Shown here in pieces: positions 22,573 to 30,734 of a DNA stretch of 64,000 nt. The notes under the pieces were generated by a model. It was not told the origin of the DNA and made no database searches. It was given only the letters and a program-made list of their open reading frames with translations. The number at the start of each line of letters is the position of its first letter. Position 1 is the stretch's first letter. The position numbers were made by a program, and so were the translations under genes. Location: positions 1,376,001 to 1,440,000 of the forward strand of contig OZ252220.1 in the NCBI GenBank assembly GCA_965249135.1. The letters run 5' to 3'. This DNA is from Alphaproteobacteria bacterium. Its GTDB lineage: Bacteria; Pseudomonadota; Alphaproteobacteria; GCA-2746255.

Positions 22573-22596
22573 TTGTCCGGGCCCTTGTCCGGGCCC
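22573..22596. repeat. 12-bp perfect tandem duplication
   Basis: TTGTCCGGGCCC twice, between the membrane-protein start and tRNA-Ser. Confidence 0.9.
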
Positions 22597-22681
22597 GCCT
22601 TGCTTTTCGATTTTAAGACTTCTAGCGGCTTCGCGCACCCCCTTGCGCGCCTATAGGCGATTGCGCAATGGTGGCGGCCCG

Positions 22682-22773
22682 GGAGGGGTGGCCGAGCGGT
22701 TGAAGGCGCGCGCCTGGAAAGTGCGTATAGGGTCAACGCCCTATCGTGGGTTCGAATCCCACCCCCTCCGCCA
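22682..22773 (+). tRNA. tRNA-Ser(GGA)
   Basis: Acceptor stem GGAGGGG/CCCCTCC, anticodon arm CGCGC-CTGGAAA-GTGCG, long variable arm, GTTCGAATC T loop, encoded CCA. Confidence 0.97.
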
Positions 22774-22801
22774 ACTCGTCTTTATTTATGGATTTGCCTT
22801 G

Positions 22802-23185
22802 TCAGGCGTTTGCCTGTGCCTCGACGATATCGCCTTTCAAGCTCGAGACAAACGCAGCAATGTCGTCGCATTCCTGCTGGGGGATTTGCAACGCCTTCAT
22901 GGTGACACCGGCATGTTCAAGGAATATGGACCAATCCCTTTCACTGATTTTCATGCCTTCATGGGATGTCTTCATGTCCCGGCCGGTGTAGTACATCGGC
23001 CCACCGGCGTTTGCGCATAAATAATCGATCAGCAGTTGCCTCTCTCTCGCAATGCCATCGTCTCCTCGATTCTGCCAGAAACGGCCCAATTGAGAATCGC
23101 CTTGTAAACGTGGCAGCAAATCATTGGCAAAAGCGGTAATACCCGCGTAACCGCCAAGACGCTCATAAAGTGATTTCTGATCCAT
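22802..23185 (-). CDS. Group I truncated hemoglobin
   Basis: SLYERLGG, GGPMYYTGRDMKTSHEGMKI; visibly more AT-rich than flanking genes. Confidence 0.9.
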   Translation of the reverse strand: MDQKSLYERLGGYAGITAFANDLLPRLQGDSQLGRFWQNRGDDGIARERQLLIDYLCANAGGPMYYTGRDMKTSHEGMKISERDWSIFLEHAGVTMKALQIPQQECDDIAAFVSSLKGDIVEAQANA

Positions 23186-23354
23186 CAAAATTCTTCTCTT
23201 TCGTGTAAAAGATGCCCAACTGCATACGCGAAGCAACGTTCGCCGAACGTAGTGCGAATGCGTTAATTTTTTAAAACCAAGACCCTTTGGAGTACCGCCG
23301 ACCCCGTCTGCTGTGAACTTGTCTGGGTTCGTCTTCAATAATACTGGCCGTTCA

Positions 23355-23600
23355 ATGGCTTGTTTCGTCTATATCCTGGGAAGCGACGGCAAGGGCGGGT
23401 ATCGCACCTATGTGGGTTGGACCACGGATCCGGTGCGCCGGATTGGCGAGCACAATTCAGGCAAGGGCGCGCGCTCGACGCGAGGACGCAAGTGGGTTCT
23501 TCTTTATGCCGAGCGGTATGCTACGCGCGGGGAAGCCATGCGTCGAGAGTGGCATCTTAAACGGGATCGCCGGTTCAGGAAGTCGCTTTCCAAGCCGTAA
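23355..23600 (+). CDS. Stand-alone GIY-YIG nuclease family protein
   Basis: FVYIL...TYVGWTTDPVRRIGEHNSGKGARSTRGR...EAMRRE. Confidence 0.9.
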   Translation: MACFVYILGSDGKGGYRTYVGWTTDPVRRIGEHNSGKGARSTRGRKWVLLYAERYATRGEAMRREWHLKRDRRFRKSLSKP

Positions 23601-23682
23601 TTGATCCGGCACCCGGGGAAAAGGCTACCGACATAAGTGAGAAGACACGCGCAGTAAAATCCATGGTGAAGGGGAAGCAACA

Positions 23683-24003
23683 ATGTTTATAGCCATGAAC
23701 AGATTCTCCATCGTGAAGGGCGAAGAGATGGCGTTTGGGCGCATGTGGGCCGAACGGGACAGTCATCTTCACGCGGTTCCCGGCTTCGTCGAGTTTCACC
23801 TCCTCCGAGGCCCAGAGGAAGCGGATCACACGCTCTATGTTTCCCATTCAATTTGGGAGACGGCAGATCACTTTGAGGCCTGGACAAGGTCCGAAGCTTT
23901 TCGTAAAGCACATGCCCATGCAGGCGGCGGAAAAGCTCTGTATTTAGGCCCACCAAGGTTCGAGGAGTTTGAGGCCGTGCAGATCATCTCCAGTGAGACC
24001 TAG
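23683..24003 (+). CDS. ABM-family monooxygenase, IsdG/HmuQ-like heme-degrading enzyme
   Basis: MFIAMNRF...VPGFVEFHLL...FEAWTRSEAFRKAH with Asn/Trp/His at IsdG-like positions. Confidence 0.82.
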   Translation: MFIAMNRFSIVKGEEMAFGRMWAERDSHLHAVPGFVEFHLLRGPEEADHTLYVSHSIWETADHFEAWTRSEAFRKAHAHAGGGKALYLGPPRFEEFEAVQIISSET

Positions 24004-24065
24004 CTCCAGACCTTCGCGGCGGCTCGCGTCACAAGCCGGACCGGGTGGTCTGACTTCGGGAGAAT

Positions 24066-24791
24066 CTAGAAGAGGTACCTGACCGCGATCGGGTAGCCCT
24101 TGTGCTCGGGGTGCGCGTAGTGGCTGGCGTGCAGCATCGTGAGATTATCGATGAGCGAGATCTCGCCCACGCCTTCCGGCGCGCGCCAGCCCAGCTCGAC
24201 CATCACCTCGCCGAACAGCGGGTCGATGTCCTGGTCCTCGAACAGCTGATATAGCGGCCTGAACTTGTGTTCGCCGTGGCCCTCCTTGACCGCCTGGAGA
24301 TAGGCGGCGGCGTTGGCGAGTACCAGCGTCGAGGAGCTGCGCGGCTGGCACTGCACCGGATCGAAGGGGTCGCGCCAGAACAGCGAGATGCCGTCATCCT
24401 GGGTGTGGCCGCGGTCGATGTGGAAACTCAAGGACGGGAACACATTGCGCTGGCTGCTCGCGCGCTCGCGGTCGGGCAGGTAAGCGTTGCTGAGCGTCAA
24501 TGGGCCGAAGCAATGGAGCAGCGCGCGCAGGCCCTCGTCCAAGCGCCGCCCGTCGTCGTGGACCGCGAGTTCGACGGGCGTCTCGAACGCGATCGACAGT
24601 CCGAAGTGGCGAAACGGGAAGTCCACGTCGAGCATACTCAGGCGCCGGCCATAGTGCCGCTCGATGCGCGCGCCGTAATCGGGGATCACGATCCGTGCGG
24701 TGTAGGCGGTGGCGTTCATGCGCCCCTCGACGGGCGTGCGCGGGTCCCGCTGCAAGGCGGCGAGGGCGGTGGGGCTGAGACCAAGCGCCAT
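24066..24791 (-). CDS. Hypothetical protein, possible divergent TauD/CAS-like Fe(II)/2-oxoglutarate oxygenase
   Basis: 241 aa; LSFHID (HxD) and W..PEGVGEISLIDNLTMLHAS...R resemble TauD-family iron-binding motifs. Confidence 0.55.
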   Translation of the reverse strand: MALGLSPTALAALQRDPRTPVEGRMNATAYTARIVIPDYGARIERHYGRRLSMLDVDFPFRHFGLSIAFETPVELAVHDDGRRLDEGLRALLHCFGPLTLSNAYLPDRERASSQRNVFPSLSFHIDRGHTQDDGISLFWRDPFDPVQCQPRSSSTLVLANAAAYLQAVKEGHGEHKFRPLYQLFEDQDIDPLFGEVMVELGWRAPEGVGEISLIDNLTMLHASHYAHPEHKGYPIAVRYLF

Positions 24792-25376
24792 CTAGCGCAC
24801 CATGCGCGAAAGCTTTCGCACCTTGGTGAACACCACATCGCGCAGGTGTTCGGCGACCGTGTCGACGTCGCGCTGCAGGACAGGCAACAAGGGGCACTCG
24901 CGGTCGAGGTTGGGCTCCAGCGAAAAAGTCGTGTCCGCGTTGTCGTCGTCGGAGAAGGTCAGCACCACGCGCCAGGGAACGCTCAGCTTCTCGGCCAGGT
25001 AAAGCTCCTTGACCGCATCGGCGAGCACGCGCAGGTGCACCACCGATTCGCAATAGAACCAGACCCGCGGGATCTTCCACAGCTTGCCGTCGGAACCGTT
25101 GTGACCCCCGCAGGACCAGCAGGGGTGGAAGGCCTCGAGCCGCTTCAGCTCGTAAACCAGGGGCGCGATGACGCTTTCCAGGGGATGGTTCTCCGGGTCG
25201 CTGGATATCATCCGGGGGATATCGGGGCAGTGGCGCGAGCAATGCTCCGGGCTCGCGTGCGGACAGTTGGGGGAGCAGACCGGCTCGTCCCTTGAGTCGC
25301 TGCGCAGAATCTCGCAAAGCTCCTCGCGAATCTGGTCGGCGCAGATGCCGCCGTCCTTGCGTCGCTTAATTCTCAT
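24792..25376 (-). CDS. Cys-rich hypothetical protein (CWSCxGH motif)
   Basis: 194 aa from ATG 25376; C-x3-C-x7-C-x3-C cluster and PCWSCGGH; its TAG abuts the next ATG. Confidence 0.75.
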   Translation of the reverse strand: MRIKRRKDGGICADQIREELCEILRSDSRDEPVCSPNCPHASPEHCSRHCPDIPRMISSDPENHPLESVIAPLVYELKRLEAFHPCWSCGGHNGSDGKLWKIPRVWFYCESVVHLRVLADAVKELYLAEKLSVPWRVVLTFSDDDNADTTFSLEPNLDRECPLLPVLQRDVDTVAEHLRDVVFTKVRKLSRMVR

Positions 25377-25466
25377 CGCTGCCCACCCGAATGCCTGCAG
25401 AGCCAAACCCCGAGGCGTGCCCGTCGCGGTAGCAGGTCAAGGATAAGCCAGGATGATTATGTCGCG

Positions 25467-25490
25467 GTTAACAGGGCATAGTTAACAGGG
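25467..25490. promoter_or_regulatory. GTTAACAGGG direct repeat overlapping a possible minus-strand promoter
   Basis: GTTAACAGGG at 25467-25476 and 25481-25490; minus strand reads TTAACT-N18-CATAAT. Confidence 0.4.
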
Positions 25491-25505
25491 ATGGAGGTAG
25501 GAACC

Positions 25506-26294
25506 TCAACCCTCCGCCCAGCGGGCGATGATCGCCTGCAGTGCGTTGAGCCCATCGGTGAGCGCGGCCGGGCCCGGCTGCAGGATGATGGAGGACTTGA
25601 TCTCGTGAAGCTCGCTGGCTTTGATCGCCGGCACACGATCGAAGCCGGGCCGGGCGCGCACCTTTTCGGGTACGAAGCGTTTCCCGCACCACGAACCGAT
25701 GACGATGTCCGGCGCACGGGCGATAACCTCCTCGTGGGTGACGAAGCGGTCCTTCGCAGCCTTGCCGCCCGCACGTTCGGCGAAGATGTCTTCGCCGCCC
25801 GCAATCGCGATCAGTTCGGACACCCAGCCGATGGCGCTGATCAGGGGCTCGTTCCATTCCTCGAAGAAGACCTTCGGATGCTTGGGGAGTCGGGCGGCGC
25901 GCTTACGCGCATCATTGAGCCCGGCATTTAGTCTTGCGATCAACCGTTCCGCACGCTCCCCTGCCCCGATCAACATCCCCAAGGTCTCGATCATGCGTAA
26001 GATTCCGTCGAGGTCACGCTGGTTGAAGGCATGCACCTCGATACCGCGGCGGACCAAATCGGCGACGATGTCGGCCTGGAGGTCGGAGAAGGTGAGCACG
26101 AGATCGGGCCCAAGTTCGAGAATCTTCTCGATCTTCGCCGAGGTAAAGGCGCTTACCTTCGGCTTGTCACGACGCGCCTGGGGCGGGCGCACCGTGTAGC
26201 CGCTGATGCCGACGATGCGGTCCTCCTCGCCAAGCAGGTAGAGCGTTTCCACGGTCTCTTCCGTGAGGCAGACGATCCGTTCCGGCGTGCGCAT
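25506..26294 (-). CDS. BtuF-like cobalamin/helical-backbone binding protein without signal peptide
   Basis: PERIVCLTEETVETLYLLG, PDLVL, FEEWNEP, SWCGK, ILQPGPA. Confidence 0.85.
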   Translation of the reverse strand: MRTPERIVCLTEETVETLYLLGEEDRIVGISGYTVRPPQARRDKPKVSAFTSAKIEKILELGPDLVLTFSDLQADIVADLVRRGIEVHAFNQRDLDGILRMIETLGMLIGAGERAERLIARLNAGLNDARKRAARLPKHPKVFFEEWNEPLISAIGWVSELIAIAGGEDIFAERAGGKAAKDRFVTHEEVIARAPDIVIGSWCGKRFVPEKVRARPGFDRVPAIKASELHEIKSSIILQPGPAALTDGLNALQAIIARWAEG

Positions 26295-26481
26295 GAAAGC
26301 ATTCTAATGGGAAGCCGCGCGGGCGCGAAAGCGCCTAGAATCAACCGAAATTCAAGTTTTTGAAAGCGATGTGGCCGATCCTGCTCGGTCAATGCTAGGG
26401 TCGGTAAGTCTTGGTTTTGAATCCAGATGAGGACAAAAACCACCCATATCAAGGGTGGAATCATCCACTTAGGGGGAAGCT

Positions 26482-26880
26482 ATGAAAGAAGCAAAAGTTT
26501 TGAGCGTGGCTATGTCTGCCTGTTTATTGGCAGGCTGTGCTTCGGTCATTTCGGGCTCGACGGATACGATCACGGTAAATTCCAATCCACCGGGCGCCGT
26601 GTGCAATCTGAGCCAGAACAACCGAAACATCGGGCAAGTCATGACGCCGGGAGGGATTTCGGTGGAGAAGACGAAGCACGACATCCAGGTAACGTGCAAG
26701 AAGGATGGCTACCAAACGGCTACCGGATACCTGGATTCGGAAATCGAAGGTTCGACATGGGGAAACATCATCCTGGGTGGCGGGGTCGGCTGGGTGATCG
26801 ATTCGGCATCCGGTTCCGATAACGATTATCCCGATTACATCACGGTCACCCTCGTACCCATTCAAGCATCTGCACAATAG
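26482..26880 (+). CDS. Lipoprotein with PEGA-like domain
   Basis: Lipobox LAGC, ITVNSNPPGAVC, GNIILGGGVGWVIDSASG; GGGGAAG RBS. Confidence 0.8.
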   Translation: MKEAKVLSVAMSACLLAGCASVISGSTDTITVNSNPPGAVCNLSQNNRNIGQVMTPGGISVEKTKHDIQVTCKKDGYQTATGYLDSEIEGSTWGNIILGGGVGWVIDSASGSDNDYPDYITVTLVPIQASAQ

Positions 26881-26903
26881 AATCCTGGTTCAAGGAAGAA
26901 GAC

Positions 26904-27353
26904 GTGGTTGAGCCGAACGACAAGGACATGCCGGACGACGATGAGGGCGTGCTGAATATCAGCCCGGAGAAGGTCTGCTACATCATCATCAAGGCCCGCG
27001 AGTTCGACGTGAAGGTCGCACCGGCAGGCCTGGACACCGGGGACAACCCGACCGACGACAAGAACATCGAAATCCTCGAGGACTATGCGGACGATCCCAC
27101 CTTTCAGGAACTGGTGAGCGCGCTCGAACTCCTGAACGAGGACGAGAGCATCGAGTTGCTGGCGTTGATGTGGCTGGGACGCGAGGACTATACGGCGGAG
27201 GACTGGCCGGAGATGCTCGAAGAGGCGCGCAACGCCCATGACGAAAAGATCGTCGCCTATCTGGTCGGCACGCCGCTCTTGGGCGACCACCTCGAGGAAG
27301 GGCTCTCCCAGCTCGGTTATTCCTGCGAGGAATACGAGATCGACCGGCTTTAA
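26904..27353 (+). CDS. DUF3775 family protein
   Basis: KVCYIIIKAREFDVK, ELLALMWLGR, YLVGTPLLGDHLEEGL. Confidence 0.82.
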   Translation: MVEPNDKDMPDDDEGVLNISPEKVCYIIIKAREFDVKVAPAGLDTGDNPTDDKNIEILEDYADDPTFQELVSALELLNEDESIELLALMWLGREDYTAEDWPEMLEEARNAHDEKIVAYLVGTPLLGDHLEEGLSQLGYSCEEYEIDRL

Positions 27354-27368
27354 GGGCGAACCATCGCA

Positions 27369-28604
27369 ATGGCCGTCGAGCCAACACTGAAGCGCAGCCT
27401 GACGCTGCCGATGATCACGCTTTATGGGCTCGGCACCACCGTCGGCGCCGGCATCTACGTGCTGATCGGCAAGGTGGCGGGCATGGCGGGCCTTTATGCG
27501 CCGATCGCCTTCCTCGTCGCCTCGCTGATGGCCGCCTTCACCGCCTTTTCCTTTGCCGAGCTGGCGGGGCGCCTTCCCACCAGCGCCGGCGAGGCGGTCT
27601 ACGTCCATGCCGGCACCGGCCTTCGGAGCCTTGCCACGCTGGTCGGCCTGCTCGTGATTACGGCCGGGACCGTTTCCAGCGGTGCGATCGTTCATGGCTT
27701 CGTCGGCTATTTCCATGAATTCATCGCCGCACCCGACTGGCTGATCATCGTTGCCGTCGTGCTCGTACTGGGCGCGATCGCCGGTTGGGGGATCACCGAA
27801 TCGGTTCTTGTCGCCTGCCTCATCACGCTGGTCGAGATCGGCGGGCTTCTTGCCATCATCGGCGGCGGCTTCGATCGGTTCCCGGAGGTGGTCGCGCGCT
27901 TGCCGGAGTTTCTGCCGCCCATCGAAGCGCACGCGTGGCTTGGCATCCTGTTCGGTGCGGTGCTCGCCTTCTATGCCTTCATCGGGTTCGAGGACATGGT
28001 GAACGTCGCCGAAGAGGTGAAGAACGTTCGCCGCAACCTGCCGCTTGCGATCCTGATCACGCTCGGCATCACGACGCTGCTTTACATCCTCGTGAGTGTG
28101 CTTGCCGTCGTGGCGCTGCCGGTGGCTGAGCTTGCCGCAAGCGATGCGCCGCTGGCCCGTCTGTTCGAAGCGACGACGGGTGCTTCCTCGGCGGCCATCA
28201 GCTTCATTGCGATTGTTGCCATGCTGAACGGCGCGCTCATCCAGATCATCATGGCCGCCCGCGTGCTTTACGGGTTGAGCGCCCGGGGCTGGCTGCCGGC
28301 CGGCTTAAGCCGCGTGCACGGCTTCACTCGCACGCCGCTTTTCGCCACGGCGCTGGTGACGGCGCTCCTTATGGCGCTGGCGCTCTGGCTCCCCTTGACG
28401 ACCCTTGCCGAGACGACCTCGGTCGTGACGCTCACCATCTTTGCGCTTGTGAATTTCTCGCTGCTTCGGATCAAACGAAAGGGGCCGGCGCCCGCCGGCA
28501 TCCGCACGGTGCCGGCCTGGGTGCCGTTGTTAGGCTTTCTGGTAAGTGCCGGCTTCGTGCTTTTCCGCCTCACCGGCGGCTTCGGCGCGGTAGGTCTGTT
28601 CTAA
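27369..28604 (+). CDS. APC-family amino acid permease
   Basis: YGLGTTVGAGIY, AGEAVY, FYAFIGFE; multiple hydrophobic helices. Confidence 0.92.
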   Translation: MAVEPTLKRSLTLPMITLYGLGTTVGAGIYVLIGKVAGMAGLYAPIAFLVASLMAAFTAFSFAELAGRLPTSAGEAVYVHAGTGLRSLATLVGLLVITAGTVSSGAIVHGFVGYFHEFIAAPDWLIIVAVVLVLGAIAGWGITESVLVACLITLVEIGGLLAIIGGGFDRFPEVVARLPEFLPPIEAHAWLGILFGAVLAFYAFIGFEDMVNVAEEVKNVRRNLPLAILITLGITTLLYILVSVLAVVALPVAELAASDAPLARLFEATTGASSAAISFIAIVAMLNGALIQIIMAARVLYGLSARGWLPAGLSRVHGFTRTPLFATALVTALLMALALWLPLTTLAETTSVVTLTIFALVNFSLLRIKRKGPAPAGIRTVPAWVPLLGFLVSAGFVLFRLTGGFGAVGLF

Positions 28605-29806
28605 GAAGCAGCGGGGATACGCACGCACCCTTCGGCATGCAGCCGTTCGATCGCGTCCTCATCGAGCCCGATTTCCTCGAGCACCGCGCGGCCGTGCGCG
28701 CCCAAGGCCGGCGCCTGCATGGCGCTGTCCTCGTCCGTGAACGGTTTCGCACCCATCACATGGGGAAGCGGCAGGCGGCCCATGCCGGGTTGTGTCCCCC
28801 AAGCAAACAGCCCACTTGCGGCCACTTGCGGATCGGCGAGGAAGGCCTCAAAATCGTTCACCGGCGCATGGAGCACGTCGGCCGCCGCCAGCGCCGCGGT
28901 CCATTCGGCGGTCAGCTTCTCAATAAAGCGCGCTTCGAGCAGTGGCAACAGCTCGGCCTCGTTCGCCAGGCGGCCATCGGCGCTTGAGAAGCGGGGGTCT
29001 CTCGCGAGCGCCTCCCGTCCGATCGCCTTACAGAGCCTTGCAAACTGACCGTCTTCCAGCGCCACGACGGCAAGCAGGCCATCTTCCGTGGCCACGATGG
29101 CGCGGGGCACGGCGAGCTTTCCGGGCGGCTTGCCGCCCGTGGCCACGTGTTCGGCGAGGCCACCCGCCTGAAGCCAGGCCGCCGTCTCGAGCAGGCTTGT
29201 TCGAAGGTGGCGGCCCCGGCCGGTCTTCTCACGCACGAAGAGCGCCATCGCGATCGCCTGAAAGAGATTGAGCGCCGCCGCCAGGTCGACGATCGGGATC
29301 GGCATCTTGTGGGGCACACCGTCGGGGCCGCGATTGAGATTTAAGATCCCACTCACCGCTTGGACGATCGAGTCGGTCGCAGCCCGGTCCCGATAGGGGC
29401 CTTCCTCTCCGAAACCGGTCAAGGAGACATAAATGAGTCCGGGATTTAGGGATTTGAGCGCCGGATCTCCCAGCCCAAGGCGATCCATGATGCCCGGGCG
29501 GAAGTTCTGGATCAGCACGTCGGCGCGCGCGGCGAGCTTCTCTAAAATCCCACGCGCGTCTTGGCTGCGAAGGTCGAGGGCCAGGCTTCGCTTGCCCCGG
29601 TTGCCGGCGACGAAGGTGGCGCTTTGCCCTTCGAAGGCCTGGCCAAGGCGGCGCGACCAGTCGCCTTTTGCGTCCTCGACCTTGACGACGTCCGCCCCGT
29701 AGGCAGCAAGCAGTCCGCTGGCGCCGGGTGCGGCGATGCCCTGGGCGAGCTCGACCACGCGTATGCCGGCAAACGGAAAATCCGGATCGAAATCTTTTTC
29801 CGCCAC
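28601..29806 (-). CDS. CaiB/BaiF family III CoA-transferase
   Basis: GADVVKVE, NRGKRSLALDL, QNFRPG, LTGFGEEGP; GTG 29806 after AAAGGAGG. Confidence 0.9.
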   Translation of the reverse strand: MAEKDFDPDFPFAGIRVVELAQGIAAPGASGLLAAYGADVVKVEDAKGDWSRRLGQAFEGQSATFVAGNRGKRSLALDLRSQDARGILEKLAARADVLIQNFRPGIMDRLGLGDPALKSLNPGLIYVSLTGFGEEGPYRDRAATDSIVQAVSGILNLNRGPDGVPHKMPIPIVDLAAALNLFQAIAMALFVREKTGRGRHLRTSLLETAAWLQAGGLAEHVATGGKPPGKLAVPRAIVATEDGLLAVVALEDGQFARLCKAIGREALARDPRFSSADGRLANEAELLPLLEARFIEKLTAEWTAALAAADVLHAPVNDFEAFLADPQVAASGLFAWGTQPGMGRLPLPHVMGAKPFTDEDSAMQAPALGAHGRAVLEEIGLDEDAIERLHAEGCVRIPAAS

Positions 29807-29944
29807 GCTGTCTTCGCCTCCCTTTCGTTTGTTCATCGGCAAACTAGCATATTCGCAAAGCCCCATTTCGGCGGCACGCCTTGTTCGGGCGTGTGCTTTG
29901 TGGTGGAATAAGTTACGCAACCGAAACGACCGCATCGTTTTCCT

Positions 29945-30295
29945 ATGGCGATCGAATTCGAGCCCGTCTCGGCGCTGCATTTCTGGCGGGAGACGATCGT
30001 CCAAAGCCTCAAGAAGGAGGCGCCGGATCTGACGACCCGGCAGATGGCGATCCTGCTCACCATCTATCTGACGCCGCCGCCCCACACGGTGCGGGGGATT
30101 GCCAAATCCTTGAACATTTCGAAACCAGCGGTGACCCGGGCGCTCGATCGGCTGGGCCGCCTCGAGCTGGCGCGGCGCAAGCGGGACGAGGCCGACCGGC
30201 GGAACGTGCTGGTCCAGCGCACGGTCAAGGGATCCGTCTATTTAAGCGAGTTTGCGGATGCGATCCTTGAGGCCGCCGGCAAAAGGCGGTCCTAG
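29945..30295 (+). CDS. MarR-family winged-helix regulator
   Basis: DLTTRQMAILL, ISKPAVTRALDRL, DEADRRNV. Confidence 0.88.
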   Translation: MAIEFEPVSALHFWRETIVQSLKKEAPDLTTRQMAILLTIYLTPPPHTVRGIAKSLNISKPAVTRALDRLGRLELARRKRDEADRRNVLVQRTVKGSVYLSEFADAILEAAGKRRS

Positions 30296-30301
30296 GGCCT
30301 T

Positions 30302-30333
30302 AAAAAACCCCGCTCATTGGCGGGGTTTCTTTT
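30302..30333. terminator. Bidirectional intrinsic terminator between the MarR gene and trxA
   Basis: AAACCCCGC-TCATTG-GCGGGGTTT hairpin with A/T tracts on both sides, between convergent genes. Confidence 0.85.
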
Positions 30334-30357
30334 AAGCTTCTTCGGGCGAGCCTTGGT

Positions 30358-30678
30358 TCAAAGGATCGATTCGATCCATTCCTCGATTTTGCCTTTCGCC
30401 ATGGCGCCGACGCGCATGCCGGCAACCTCGCCGTCCTTGAACAGCATGAGGGTCGGAATCCCCCGGACCCCATAGCGCGTTGGTATTTGCGGATTGCTGT
30501 CGATGTCGACTTTGGCGATCGATACGCGGTCGTCCATCTCTTGAGCGATTTCTTCCAAGATCGGTGCGATCTGTTTACAGGGTCCGCACCACTCGGCCCA
30601 AAAATCGACAAGCACCGGACCGCCGGCCTGAAGGACGTCCTTGTCGAAGGACGCATCCGTCACATGGGCGATATTCAT
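30358..30678 (-). CDS. trxA: Thioredoxin
   Basis: VDFWAEWCGPCK, GIPTL. Confidence 0.97.
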   Translation of the reverse strand: MNIAHVTDASFDKDVLQAGGPVLVDFWAEWCGPCKQIAPILEEIAQEMDDRVSIAKVDIDSNPQIPTRYGVRGIPTLMLFKDGEVAGMRVGAMAKGKIEEWIESIL

Positions 30679-30734
30679 TCCTTCATCCCGCGTGGTTTCG
30701 GCTGGCTAGAATCTAGGTAGTGCCAGATAGAGCG

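Noticed and set aside
26295-26481. Cobalamin riboswitch upstream of the BtuF-like gene
   Set aside because: No B12-box or conserved core recognisable on the coding strand.
29912-29927. GTTAC-N6-GAAAC imperfect palindrome before the MarR gene as a LexA box
   Set aside because: The alphaproteobacterial LexA box is a GTTC-N7-GTTC direct repeat; this is at most a weak autoregulatory site.
22682-30300. Integrative element or prophage at tRNA-Ser (and at tRNA-Arg, 53193)
   Set aside because: No integrase, transposase, phage genes or duplicated tRNA 3' end found by eye.
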